A stretch of DNA of 37,259 nucleotides from Granulicella sp. (GTDB taxonomy: Bacteria > Acidobacteriota > Terriglobia > Terriglobales > Acidobacteriaceae): contig DAHWNL010000059.1 in the NCBI GenBank assembly GCA_027339965.1, positions 1 to 37,259 on the forward strand. The letters run 5' to 3'. The notes beneath the pieces are model-generated. The model saw only the letters and a list, made by a program, of their open reading frames with translations. It was not told the origin of the DNA and made no database searches. Positions 1 through 9,456 of this stretch are shown piece by piece. Each line of letters starts with the position of its first letter. Position 1 is the stretch's first letter. Made by a program: the position numbers and the translations under genes.

Positions 1-153
1 CGAAAGAAACTCTGCACCACGCGTCACCTTCGCGCACTTCTCACATCCTGCCGCCATCGCCAACCTCTGCTGCTGTTCCATCCCCGCTCACCTCGATGAT
101 TGCAAACTAGAACCATCGGACGGTGGAAACGTAAGAACTTAATCAGAGTCGCC

Positions 154-273
154 CTAAGAGCGTTTTCAGTGCAGGTGTAACGCGACGCCTCGAGCTCTAT
201 GGGCGTTTTCCCCAATGAAAGCGCCACTGCACGCCCCGTCCGGTGTACCCAGCAACACTGAAAATGCTATAAG
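154..273. repeat. ~120-bp palindromic intergenic element (MITE/CIR-like), copy 1
   Basis: Terminal inverted repeats ctaagagcgttttcagtg (154-171) / cactgaaaatgctataag (256-273), 15/18 complementary; central hairpin ggcgttttc-cccaat-gaaagcgcc; related copy at ~15460-15572. Confidence 0.7.
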
Positions 274-435
274 CCTCCCGCCTCCAGCAGGTGCTGGGCA
301 GGAGGCCGGGCGTTCAGGGTTGCCAACCGAAGCAGTGGCGCTCGGGCGCGCGACCGGGTATCGGCAAATGCGCGCCGATCAGGCATGGGCAATGGATGGT
401 ATGGCGCCTGAGATGCAGCGCCGGCAAGGACGAAA

Positions 436-441
436 TATACT
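436..441 (+). promoter_or_regulatory. Putative sigma70 -10 element of tyrS (TATACT)
   Basis: TATACT 11 nt upstream of the ATG at 453; no strong SD in between. Confidence 0.45.
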
Positions 442-452
442 TCAGTTGGAAC

Positions 453-1766
453 ATGCCAACCGAATCCCATGCCAACTTTGCCCCGGTCGCCGAGCAGCTT
501 GACCTGATCACCAAAGGCGCCGCCGAGATCATTCCCCCGGTCGCTTCCACGGTGCCAGAGGCCTTGGCGGCGCGTCTGGAGGAGTCGCGCCGCAGCGGCA
601 CTCCCCTGCGCATCAAGGCCGGGTTTGACCCAACGGCCCCGGATCTCCACCTGGGCCACACCGTGCTGATGCGCAAGCTGAAGCACTTTCAGCGGCTTGG
701 CCATACGGTCATCTTCCTGATCGGCGACTCCACGGCCCTGATCGGCGATCCCACCGGCAAAAACCAGACCCGCAAACCGCTCTCCCGCCAGGAGATCGAC
801 CGCAACGCCGAGACCTACAAGGATCAGGTCTTCAAGATTCTCGACCGCGACCAGACCGAGGTGCGCTATAACTCCGAGTGGCTGGACAAGCTGGGCTACG
901 CCGGCATGGTCCGCCTGGCCGCCAAGTTCACCGTCTCCCAGATGCTGGAGCGGGAGGACTTCCACAAGCGCTTCCAGGACGAGCAGCCGATCCACGTGCA
1001 CGAGCTTCTTTACCCCATGGCGCAGGGCTATGACTCAGTGGCCCTGGAGTGCGACGTCGAGCTGGGAGGAACGGACCAGAAGTTCAACCTGATGCGCGGC
1101 CGCGACCTGCAGCGCGACGCCGGCCAGAAGCCGCAGATCATCCTGATGACCCCCATCCTCGAGGGCCTGGACGGACTGCAGAAGATGTCCAAGTCGCTCA
1201 ACAATGCCATCGGCATTCAGGAGCCAGCCGCAGAGATGTACGGCAAGCTGATGAGCATCTCCGATGAGCTGATGTGGCGCTACTGGACCCTCCTCACCGA
1301 TCTTCCCCAGTCCCGCATCGACGCCATGCAGGCCGAGGTCGCCGGGGGCAGCCTGCATCCCATGCAGGCCAAGAAGAACCTGGCCCACGCGATCACCACC
1401 GACTTCCACGGCGCAACCGCGGCCGATGCCGCCGCCGAGGCCTGGGCCACCCAGTTCCAGCAGAAGGGCGTGGCGGAGAATGTGGAGCGGGTCGAGATTA
1501 CGTTGCGCGATGTCACCCGCATGGATGCCGTCTCGCTGCAGAGGGCGGAACAGGACCCGAACCACTACGCAACCGTCGACGTAGCCCGGCTGCTGGTCCG
1601 CATGGGGATCAAGGAATCCCGGCGCGCGGCAGAGACGCAGGTGAAGACCGCCGGGGTGTTTCTGAACGGAGAGAAGAGCTTCAAGGAGTGGATCGATGCC
1701 TCTGCGCGCCCCTATGAGTTGACCGTGCGCTGCGGAAGACAGACCAAAATTGCGGTGATTCGCTAG
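453..1766 (+). CDS. tyrS: Tyrosine--tRNA ligase
   Basis: [13 protein letters not shown] (HIGH) and KMSKS motifs, [16 protein letters not shown]-terminal S4-like domain; start placed at ATG 453 rather than ORF-finder 291. Confidence 0.97.
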   Translation: MPTESHANFAPVAEQLDLITKGAAEIIPPVASTVPEALAARLEESRRSGTPLRIKAGFDPTAPDLHLGHTVLMRKLKHFQRLGHTVIFLIGDSTALIGDPTGKNQTRKPLSRQEIDRNAETYKDQVFKILDRDQTEVRYNSEWLDKLGYAGMVRLAAKFTVSQMLEREDFHKRFQDEQPIHVHELLYPMAQGYDSVALECDVELGGTDQKFNLMRGRDLQRDAGQKPQIILMTPILEGLDGLQKMSKSLNNAIGIQEPAAEMYGKLMSISDELMWRYWTLLTDLPQSRIDAMQAEVAGGSLHPMQAKKNLAHAITTDFHGATAADAAAEAWATQFQQKGVAENVERVEITLRDVTRMDAVSLQRAEQDPNHYATVDVARLLVRMGIKESRRAAETQVKTAGVFLNGEKSFKEWIDASARPYELTVRCGRQTKIAVIR

Positions 1767-2013
1767 GCGGAGCGGCCGGCGGAGCGCTTGCGCGCAAGAA
1801 CAATTTGGCCTCGTCCGCAGAATCTGTGGGTCGTTTCCGTTTCAGGCAATTGTCCAAGTGTGGGTTAGAGCGCAAGTTCGATGCCCTTGTAGGTGCAAAA
1901 ACCGCAGGATCGTCTGGTGATCACTCGGACTTTGCTGTTGAGACCTTCGACGGCGGCGCTGGATAGCTCTCCTCGGGCGCGGCTGGCTACCCGGACAGTT
2001 TTACGACGAACGC

Positions 2014-2466
2014 TCAGCCCGGATATCCGCCCGCGATGTAGCCTTCCAGCGTCTCAATGGCGCGTTGCTGGTCGCTGATGATCCACTTCACCAGGTCACC
2101 AATCGAGACGATGCCAACCACGCGGTCTCCCTCCAGCACAGGAAGGTGGCGGAATCGCCCTTCGGTCATCAGGTTCATGCAATCCGCGACCGTGTGCTGC
2201 GGGGTGACGGAGACGACCTGGCGGGTCATGATCTCCGAGACTTTGGTGCGGTTCGAGTCGTGGCCCGGGAGGACTCCCTTGCGCGCGTAATCGCGCTCGG
2301 AGAGGATTCCCGCCAGTTTGGCGTCAGAGGTGACAATCAGCGCTCCGATATCGTACTCCGCCATGACGGACAAGGCGTCGCGCACCGTCTGGTCTGGAGA
2401 GATGAACAGAACCTTGTTGAAAATCTTGTGTTTGAGTACCTGATCCACCGTGCCGGTAATCTTCAT
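2014..2466 (-). CDS. CBS domain pair protein
   Basis: Two CBS repeats (IGALIV..LAGILSERDY; FRHLPVL..VVGIVSIGDLVK); GGAGG SD upstream of ATG 2466. Confidence 0.9.
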   Translation of the reverse strand: MKITGTVDQVLKHKIFNKVLFISPDQTVRDALSVMAEYDIGALIVTSDAKLAGILSERDYARKGVLPGHDSNRTKVSEIMTRQVVSVTPQHTVADCMNLMTEGRFRHLPVLEGDRVVGIVSIGDLVKWIISDQQRAIETLEGYIAGGYPG

Positions 2467-2662
2467 GGTGTCCTCCATGGCGACGCGCCCCAAGGAGCTT
2501 TGCGGCGATCGCCAGCCGTCCAGATTGTGCTGAAGGTTGGGAGTATACGGCTGAAGAGCTATCTTTGTCTTGCCAAATCGCACGGGGGGCAGTCAAGCCG
2601 GGCACTGGGCTCCATCGGGCGGGTATACCCATGCCGGGGGAGGGTGGTCTAATGGAGAGATT

Positions 2663-3751
2663 GTGCTGATCCCTCATCGCCTGACTCCGGTCCTGTTTGC
2701 CACGCTTCTGGCTACCTTTTCTTGCCATGCTCAATCCTCAACCAGCTCGGGGAACAGCGTCGAGAACTCCCCATCAAGCCCTAAGCCGAGCCAGGTGAAG
2801 GTCGGCGTTCCGCTATCCCTGGCGATGGTGCATAACGTTGAGGTGCTGCTGCGCAATAAGGCGGACCTGCCCCCCGGTTCGACCATCACCGTCTCTGCTC
2901 CGCAGCCGGCCTCTCTGCCTGGTTACGACAAAATCTTCATCACTTTTACGGCAGAGGGTAAGACCTCGCGTCCGGTTAGTTTTCTCATCTCCGGCGACGG
3001 CAAGACTCTGGCCCAGTTCATCCGCTACGACATCTCCTCTGATCCCCGCAAGATGATCCCAGTGTCCAACCGCCCCTTCCGCGGCGGTCCGGCTTCGGCT
3101 CCGGTGGTGATCGTCAACTTCGATGACCTGGAGTGCCCCTTCTGCGCTCGCTTCCATAACACCCTGTTTCCTGCCATTATCCAGCGCTACGGGGATCAAG
3201 TGCATATCGTCTATGAGGACTTTCCGCTCGACCAGCACCCCTGGGCCATGCACGCTGCTGTGGACGTCAACTGCATGGCGGAGCAGTCCTCGGCAGGGTA
3301 CTGGAACCTGGTGGATTACATCCATGAGCACCACGATGACATTGGGACCAGCAAACTGGGCGGGCCAGCCGGCGCCAACGGCAGCGCGGCCGACGGCCCA
3401 AAGGCCGGAACTCCCCAGCACACGCTGGAGCGCAGCTATGCTCAGTTGGATCAGCTTACCCACGATCAGGGTGCGTTGCAGAAGGTTGATTCAGTCAAAC
3501 TCGACGCCTGCATCAAAAAGCAGGATACCTCACTCATCGACGCGGAGCGCAGCCTCGGCAACGCTCTGAATGTCGACTCCACGCCCACCTTCTACATCAA
3601 CGGCGCAAAGTATGAAGGGGCTCTGCCGCTCGATTATGTCTTTTCTCAGATCGACGCGGCCCTGCGCGCTGAAGGCGTCACTCCGCCCCCGCCGTATCTC
3701 CCCGCAGGGGCAACGCCCCCGGCGCCGGCAAAATCCGCACCGGACAAATAA
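2663..3751 (+). CDS. DsbA-family / thioredoxin-fold periplasmic protein
   Basis: Signal peptide, FDDLECPFC (CxxC), DFPL..HPWA, STPTFYING cis-Pro motif; GTG start after GGAG. Confidence 0.88.
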   Translation: MLIPHRLTPVLFATLLATFSCHAQSSTSSGNSVENSPSSPKPSQVKVGVPLSLAMVHNVEVLLRNKADLPPGSTITVSAPQPASLPGYDKIFITFTAEGKTSRPVSFLISGDGKTLAQFIRYDISSDPRKMIPVSNRPFRGGPASAPVVIVNFDDLECPFCARFHNTLFPAIIQRYGDQVHIVYEDFPLDQHPWAMHAAVDVNCMAEQSSAGYWNLVDYIHEHHDDIGTSKLGGPAGANGSAADGPKAGTPQHTLERSYAQLDQLTHDQGALQKVDSVKLDACIKKQDTSLIDAERSLGNALNVDSTPTFYINGAKYEGALPLDYVFSQIDAALRAEGVTPPPPYLPAGATPPAPAKSAPDK

Positions 3752-4054
3752 ATAAGCCCCGCGTCTGCGGTCTGGAGATGTTTGGGCGGAGCGGGCCGAA
3801 CGGCCTTCGGCCTGGATGCGCAACACTATTCTTTGCGCAACGGTCGCGGCGTCAGTGAGCAGACTTTTCCGGCAAACACCCGCTGTGTGGTCGATGGGGT
3901 TTCCGGTGGTGGAAGAGGCCGTTGCGAGTGCGCCCCTCGCGCCGGAGCCTGTCAGCCTGTCGATCATCGCACGGAAGCGGGGATCCCGCAGTACACTGGA
4001 AAAGATGCGCAAAAGCCGGCTTTCGCTTGCTTGAATTCACCTCTGGAGCCTTCG

Positions 4055-5788
4055 TTGAAGATTGTTCTTGCAGAAAAAGTCTCTCCCGCCACCCTCGCCA
4101 TCTTCCAGAAAGAACCGGAGTGGAAGGTTGTCACCGCGGACCAGATTGCGCCCGGCGGACTGGCGGCCGAGCTTGCCGATGCCGATGCCTTGGTGGTGCG
4201 CTCGGCCATCCAGGTGGATGCCGCTCTGCTGGCCGCCGCTCCCAAGCTGCGCGTGATCGGCCGCGCGGGGGTGGGCGTCGACAACATCGACGCCGAGGAG
4301 GCCACTCGCCGGGGAATCGTGGTGATGAACACCCCCGGCGCCAACGCCGTCGCCGTCGCTGAGCTGACCCTCGCCCTGATGATCGCCATGTGCCGGGGCA
4401 TCATCCGCGCCAACGCCGGCATGCACGCTGCGCGCTGGGAGAAGAAGTCCTTGCAGGGTTCTGAGCTTCGCGGCAAGACGCTGGGCATCATCGGCCTGGG
4501 CCGCGTCGGTCTGGAGGTGGCGCGGCGGGCGCTGGCTTTCGGCATGAAGGTGATCGGCTTTGACCCCTTCATCGCTCCGGTTATCGCCCGGGAGAACCAT
4601 GTTGCCTTGCTGGCGCTGGAGGAGGTCTTCTCCAACTCCGACTTTCTCTCTCTGCACGTCGGCCTTACCCCCCAGACCGAAGGGCTCATCAACGAGCGCT
4701 CGATCGCGGGAATGAAGAAGGGGATCCGCATCGTCAACTGTGCGCGCGGGGAACTGATCGTGGAGAGCGCCCTGGCCGAAGCCGTTCGCTCTGGCCATGT
4801 CGCCGGCGCCGCGCTGGACGTCTTCCACCAGGAACCTCCAAAGGATTCACCGTTTTTGGGAATGGAGCAGATTCTGCTAAGCCCACATATGGCCGGATCG
4901 ACAGATGAGGCCCAGGAGGCCATCGGCATCCAACTTGCGAATCAGGTCCGCGACTACCTCAAGCTGGGGGTGGTGCAGAACGCGGTGAACGCCGCTTCGC
5001 TCAGCGCGGAGGACTACGCCGAGATTGCGCCCTACGTGGAGATGGCCTCCCGGCTTGGGCAGTTGCTGAGCCACGCGGGTAGCTCCGGCGACTCCTGCTC
5101 CGCGCGGGGTTCGGTGGACAGCATCTCGCTTGCCTACAACGGAAGGCTGGCTGCGCTGAAGACGGAGATGATTCGTAACGCCGCGATCGCGGGTGCCCTG
5201 CATGGCGCCGACGGCGTCAACCGCATCAACGCGATGGCCGCGGCTGCGGAGCGAGGCATCCGCGTCCAGGAGGAGAAGCGCGAGCAGATTACCGGCGGCA
5301 CGGGATCGACCCTGGGCATGACCCTCCATTGGACGCGGCAGGCGGGATCCAGGACTGGGGAGCAAGCCGGCAGCGGTGCTCAGGATGGCCTCTGGACGGG
5401 GGTGGCCACCGTTCTCCACGGCCGCTCCCCGCGCCTGCTGCGTTACGACAACATCGACATTGAGGCCGAGCTGACCGGTACGTTGATGATCTTCCGCAAC
5501 CTCGACGTACCTGGCGTGATCGGCCGCATCGGCACCATCCTGGGTGAGGCTGGGCTGAATATCGCCAGCTTCGCGCTGGGCCGGGAAAAGCCTTTCCCGG
5601 CTGCGGACTCGGCTTCCGCCGAGGAGGGGGCGAAGACCGAACCCGGTCATGCCCTCGCCTTTGTCCAACTGGACACGCCCACCGGCGGCGCAAAGCGGAT
5701 TCAGAACGCACTTCATCAGGCGATAGCTACTCTGCGCCAGGTTCCGGCGATTGCCAGCGTTCGCACGGTAGACCTTGGCAAGTTGTAG
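4055..5788 (+). CDS. serA: D-3-phosphoglycerate dehydrogenase (type I, ASB + ACT domains)
   Basis: GRAGVGVDNID, GLGRVG NAD-binding, NCARGELI, SPHMAGST.EAQ, DVPGVIGRIGT ACT domain; TTG start after GGAG. Confidence 0.93.
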   Translation: MKIVLAEKVSPATLAIFQKEPEWKVVTADQIAPGGLAAELADADALVVRSAIQVDAALLAAAPKLRVIGRAGVGVDNIDAEEATRRGIVVMNTPGANAVAVAELTLALMIAMCRGIIRANAGMHAARWEKKSLQGSELRGKTLGIIGLGRVGLEVARRALAFGMKVIGFDPFIAPVIARENHVALLALEEVFSNSDFLSLHVGLTPQTEGLINERSIAGMKKGIRIVNCARGELIVESALAEAVRSGHVAGAALDVFHQEPPKDSPFLGMEQILLSPHMAGSTDEAQEAIGIQLANQVRDYLKLGVVQNAVNAASLSAEDYAEIAPYVEMASRLGQLLSHAGSSGDSCSARGSVDSISLAYNGRLAALKTEMIRNAAIAGALHGADGVNRINAMAAAAERGIRVQEEKREQITGGTGSTLGMTLHWTRQAGSRTGEQAGSGAQDGLWTGVATVLHGRSPRLLRYDNIDIEAELTGTLMIFRNLDVPGVIGRIGTILGEAGLNIASFALGREKPFPAADSASAEEGAKTEPGHALAFVQLDTPTGGAKRIQNALHQAIATLRQVPAIASVRTVDLGKL

Positions 5789-5843
5789 ACTTGACATGCT
5801 GCCTTCTTGACCCGGCAGCCGTAGAATCCAGGAATCCTCCCCG

Positions 5844-6908
5844 ATGCTGAAGCCTTTTCGTTCGATCCGCCGCTCTCTTGCCTCTCCTCTTGCACTGGCG
5901 CTCGTCTTCCTTGCCGGATGTCACAAAGGTCCGCAACAGGGAGTGGCCGCCACGGTGAATGGCAATCCCATCTTCGAAAGCGAGATAAGCAAAGCCTACC
6001 AGGCGCAACTGGCTTCCAATGCCCAGCAGCAGACGCCCACGCAGGATCAGGAGGACTCGCTCAAACTGAACATTCTGCATACGTTGATCGTTGAGGCGAT
6101 CATCGATCAGAGGGCCGCCAAGCAGGGCCTGACTGCAACCGATGCCGAGGTGGACGCCAAGCTGGCCGAGATGAAGGCCCCCTACACTGAGGAGCAGTTC
6201 CAGGCCAAACTGAAGGCCTCCAATCTTACTCTGGATGAGCTCCGTCGCGATGTTCGGCGCAGCATCACAGAGGACAAGCTGCTGAACAAAGAGATCAACT
6301 CTCGCATCAACGTCAGTGACGCTGATGTAACCAACTACTACAACACTCACAAGGCGGATTTCGACCTGATCGAACCTGCCTATCATCTGGCCCAGATCGA
6401 GGTCACCGACCAGGGGACCGGACAGGCGGGCAACCTGCAAAACAACAAGGCCGCCAACGATGCCGACGCGAAGAAGAAGATTCAGGCGATCAAGAATCGC
6501 ATCGACTCTGGTGAGGACTTTGGTGAACTTGCCGCTAACTTCTCCGAGAACCCCCAAACCGCGCCCAACGGCGGCGATATGGGCTTCATCACCGAGTCCC
6601 AGCTCAAGACCAATCCCACCATTTACATGGCTATCACCAAGCTGAGCCCCGGACAGACCACGGATATTCTTCCGCAGTTTGACGCCACTACCCACAAGCC
6701 GGTGGCGTACTTCATCTTCAAGCTGATCAGCAAGGACTCTGCCGGCCAGCGCGATCTCAACGACCCGCGGGTGCAACAGAGCATCCGTCAGCAGCTACAT
6801 GACAGCCGCGCCCAGCTCCTCAAGAGCGCCTACTTTGAGATACTTACCGATCAAACCAAGGTAGAGAACTTCTTTGCGGAACAGGTCTTCAAGCGGGATG
6901 CTCAGTAG
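5844..6908 (+). CDS. SurA/PrsA-like peptidyl-prolyl isomerase lipoprotein
   Basis: Lipobox LAGC, VAATVNG SurA N-terminal domain, parvulin motif GEDFGELAANFSE...GGDMGFI. Confidence 0.9.
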   Translation: MLKPFRSIRRSLASPLALALVFLAGCHKGPQQGVAATVNGNPIFESEISKAYQAQLASNAQQQTPTQDQEDSLKLNILHTLIVEAIIDQRAAKQGLTATDAEVDAKLAEMKAPYTEEQFQAKLKASNLTLDELRRDVRRSITEDKLLNKEINSRINVSDADVTNYYNTHKADFDLIEPAYHLAQIEVTDQGTGQAGNLQNNKAANDADAKKKIQAIKNRIDSGEDFGELAANFSENPQTAPNGGDMGFITESQLKTNPTIYMAITKLSPGQTTDILPQFDATTHKPVAYFIFKLISKDSAGQRDLNDPRVQQSIRQQLHDSRAQLLKSAYFEILTDQTKVENFFAEQVFKRDAQ

Positions 6909-6950
6909 GATTCGCATCGCTCGGCAAGGGTGGCAGAGGAGACTGGACGC

Positions 6951-7313
6951 ATGAACCCAACCCGTCGCAGCCTGTGGGGCCTGTGCGGCTGCTTCGTTCT
7001 CTGCCCCTTGCTTGCCGGCTGCCGCCCGGCTCTGCCCCCGCCCATGCCGCTAAACCAGCTCAACGCGCAGCAAAGGCGCGGGTATCGGGACTTCCAGATC
7101 TACTGTGCACAGTGCCACGACGATCGCGATTCGGACTCCCTGCACGGTCCACCGCTGTTGGGCGTATTCAAACAGCCCTACTTCCCCAGCGGAGCCCCAG
7201 CCAACGATGAGCGCCTGCGGATGACCCTCCAGGAGGGGCACGGCCTGATGCCGCCCATCAGCATGAACTCGCAGCAGACCCGGGATCTGCTGGCTTATCT
7301 GCATACGCTTTAG
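6951..7313 (+). CDS. Small monoheme cytochrome c lipoprotein
   Basis: Lipobox LAGC, heme motif CAQCH, GPPL, distal Met in GLMP. Confidence 0.85.
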   Translation: MNPTRRSLWGLCGCFVLCPLLAGCRPALPPPMPLNQLNAQQRRGYRDFQIYCAQCHDDRDSDSLHGPPLLGVFKQPYFPSGAPANDERLRMTLQEGHGLMPPISMNSQQTRDLLAYLHTL

Positions 7314-7379
7314 ACACAAGCCGGTCGAGCCGCTCCTCGGCTCGCCGAATCGCCAGACGCGGCATCGGAACTTAGCCTT

Positions 7380-7886
7380 ATGAACCCAGCCGATCCCCAA
7401 TCCGCGCAGTCTCTCTCCCGCAGCGTGGATCCTGATTCCGTCACGCGGGATGAGTCGACCAAGCCAACCCCGCCTTCGGCTGAAATTCCGGCTGCCCAGG
7501 ATACGGGCTTCGCTTCGCGTCATCTTCCGGGAACTCCCGCGGGAGAGCTGAAGGGCATGCTGCCTGGCATGGCCTTCATCGCACTGTACCTTTTGCTGCT
7601 GGCCGCGCTCAACGCAGTGGCGGCGTTGCGTGACGTCTACGGAGCCGGCTTGGCCCGTGATGGCATCTTCATCCTCTGCACGCTGATGGCGATTGGGGTC
7701 TTTGGATTCCTGCGCCTGCGGCGCTGGGGGTGGTCGCTGGTGACGACCGGTTTTCTTCTACTGGCCGCCGGCGACTTCTACTTCTACTCCCGGAGGCACG
7801 TCGGATTCCTGCTCATCCGCGGCCTGTTCAGCATTCTCTTCTTTCTCTACCTGAGCCGTACCGAGGTCCGAGAGCGACTCCAGTAA
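7380..7886 (+). CDS. Hypothetical integral membrane protein (about 4 TM)
   Basis: Disordered N-terminus then four hydrophobic segments; co-oriented with neighbours. Confidence 0.75.
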   Translation: MNPADPQSAQSLSRSVDPDSVTRDESTKPTPPSAEIPAAQDTGFASRHLPGTPAGELKGMLPGMAFIALYLLLLAALNAVAALRDVYGAGLARDGIFILCTLMAIGVFGFLRLRRWGWSLVTTGFLLLAAGDFYFYSRRHVGFLLIRGLFSILFFLYLSRTEVRERLQ

Positions 7887-7927
7887 GGTGAGGAGGAAGC
7901 AGCTTTTCCTGGCTCAACGTCTCCGGC

Positions 7928-8185
7928 CTACTTGCCGCTCGACCGGGGTGGGACGGTCTCCTGTTGAAGAAAGAGCCACTTCAGAGCGTTCCTGGGACGA
8001 ATCCGCGCCCTTCCAAGAGCATTCGAGCGCTGGGGGAGTTCTGCGGAGAGCGGTATCTCTTCGCTCTGCCGATTCCTCTGCGCCCGTAACCTGCGGCGAA
8101 GTTCGCGGCTGGGATAGGCATGGATCATCAGAGGCGAGAGCAGAATCGCAAGGGCGGCAAGTGCGAGGAGAAGATCGGACCGCAT
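7928..8185 (-). CDS. Possible small single-TM protein
   Basis: ATG start, hydrophobic N-terminal helix LLLALAALAILLSPLMI followed by a basic tail; fills an otherwise empty gap. Confidence 0.35.
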   Translation of the reverse strand: MRSDLLLALAALAILLSPLMIHAYPSRELRRRLRAQRNRQSEEIPLSAELPQRSNALGRARIRPRNALKWLFLQQETVPPRSSGK

Positions 8186-8354
8186 GTAGTCCGATATCGG
8201 CGAAGTAGCCGATGGGCTTTACTTTGACCAGGACTGCTTCAAAACGGGACAGATCACGGGACACCCCGAAGGGTTCGGATCCACTGGAGCCGGAGCCATA
8301 CGTTCCCCTTCTCTTGGGATCGACAACCGAGACCATCTACAATCTCTAGAGCAG

Positions 8355-9332
8355 ATGCAGGATCTGCAACTGGTGGAAACCAAAGCAGTCATGATTCCTC
8401 TCGCCGTCCAATCCGACAACCTGATCCAGATCGATCTCTCCCCGCGCAAGCCCGCGCCGAAGCCGGAGTGGCTAAAGGCGCACGCCCCCACGGGAGAGAC
8501 CTTTCACAACGTCAAGGTTCTGGCGCGCGAACTGAATCTGCACACGGTTTGCGAGAGCGCCCGCTGCCCCAATATCGGCGAGTGTTGGAACCATAAGACA
8601 GCGACCTTCATGATGTTGGGGAACCTTTGCACGCGCCGCTGCGGCTTCTGCGCCGTGCCCAAAGGCAGGCCCGAACCGATTGACCTGGAGGAGCCGACCC
8701 GGGTCGCGCAGGCGGTGGCCACCCTTGGACTTGCCTACGCCGTAATCACCAGCGTTAACCGCGATGATGACAATCTGGGCGCCGCCCAGGCCTTTGTCAG
8801 CGTCATCCGGGAGATTCGCCGGCTCTCACCCGGCACACAGGTTGAGGTTCTCACTCCGGACTTCCAGGGTCTGCCCGAGGCCCGGCGCATGGTGGTGGCC
8901 GCGCGCCCGGAGATTCTGAACCACAACATAGAGACGGTGCCGCGGCTCTACCCGGTCGCCAAGTCCGGGGGCCGCTACCAGCGCAGCCTGGAGTTTCTGG
9001 CCGAGGCCAAACGCGAGGCCGGCAGTCTCGGCGGCGCGGCCTCCCAGGTAACCAAAACCGGAATTATTGTCGGACTGGGCGAAGAGATGCATGAACTGCT
9101 CAGCGTCTTCCGCGATCTCGCCGACCGCCAAGTGGACATCCTCACCATCGGCCAGTACCTTCGTCCCAGCCGCGACCACCTCCCGATGTCCCGCTACTAC
9201 ACGCCGGAGGAGTTCGCCTTTCTCAAGCATGAGGCCCTGCAGATGGGCTTCCGCCACGTGGAGTCCGGCCCATTGGTGCGCAGCAGCTACCACGCCCATG
9301 AACAAGCTCAATCCACGCAGGCCGGTTTCTGA
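8355..9332 (+). CDS. lipA: Lipoyl synthase
   Basis: CESARCPNIGEC (CX4CX5C), CTRRCGFC radical SAM motif, C-terminal RSSYHA. Confidence 0.97.
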   Translation: MQDLQLVETKAVMIPLAVQSDNLIQIDLSPRKPAPKPEWLKAHAPTGETFHNVKVLARELNLHTVCESARCPNIGECWNHKTATFMMLGNLCTRRCGFCAVPKGRPEPIDLEEPTRVAQAVATLGLAYAVITSVNRDDDNLGAAQAFVSVIREIRRLSPGTQVEVLTPDFQGLPEARRMVVAARPEILNHNIETVPRLYPVAKSGGRYQRSLEFLAEAKREAGSLGGAASQVTKTGIIVGLGEEMHELLSVFRDLADRQVDILTIGQYLRPSRDHLPMSRYYTPEEFAFLKHEALQMGFRHVESGPLVRSSYHAHEQAQSTQAGF

Positions 9333-9354
9333 AGACCGGCTGAGCGTGCCTTTC

Positions 9355-9396
9355 CTCCGCGCGGGCTCGCGCGGGGCGGTTTCTTCCCGCCTCTTT
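9355..9396. terminator. GC-rich hairpin(s) between convergent lipA and ABC-F genes
   Basis: ccgcgcg-ggct-cgcgcgg stem (9357-9374) followed by pyrimidine-rich sequence. Confidence 0.35.
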
Positions 9397-9456
9397 CGCC
9401 GCGCAAGCGTCCTGCCCAGGCCCAAGGCTCTTCCAGAAGATCGCCCGCTTGCGCTG

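Noticed and set aside
1..452. T-box or other leader RNA upstream of tyrS
   Set aside because: No T-box consensus (AAnnnnGGTGGnACCGCG) or terminator, and a -10 element lies right next to the start codon
291..452. N-terminal ORF extensions (tyrS from 291; also serA from 3782, receptor from 16903, GH38 from 20879)
   Set aside because: The extensions lack family features, and downstream starts have SD or -10 signals and give proper signal peptides or domain starts
1767..2013. Possible riboswitch or ncRNA between tyrS and the CBS gene
   Set aside because: Only short hairpins, no recognisable consensus, and it lies between convergent 3' ends
3752..4054. Structured leader upstream of serA
   Set aside because: Several small GC hairpins expected by chance; no known riboswitch motif recognised
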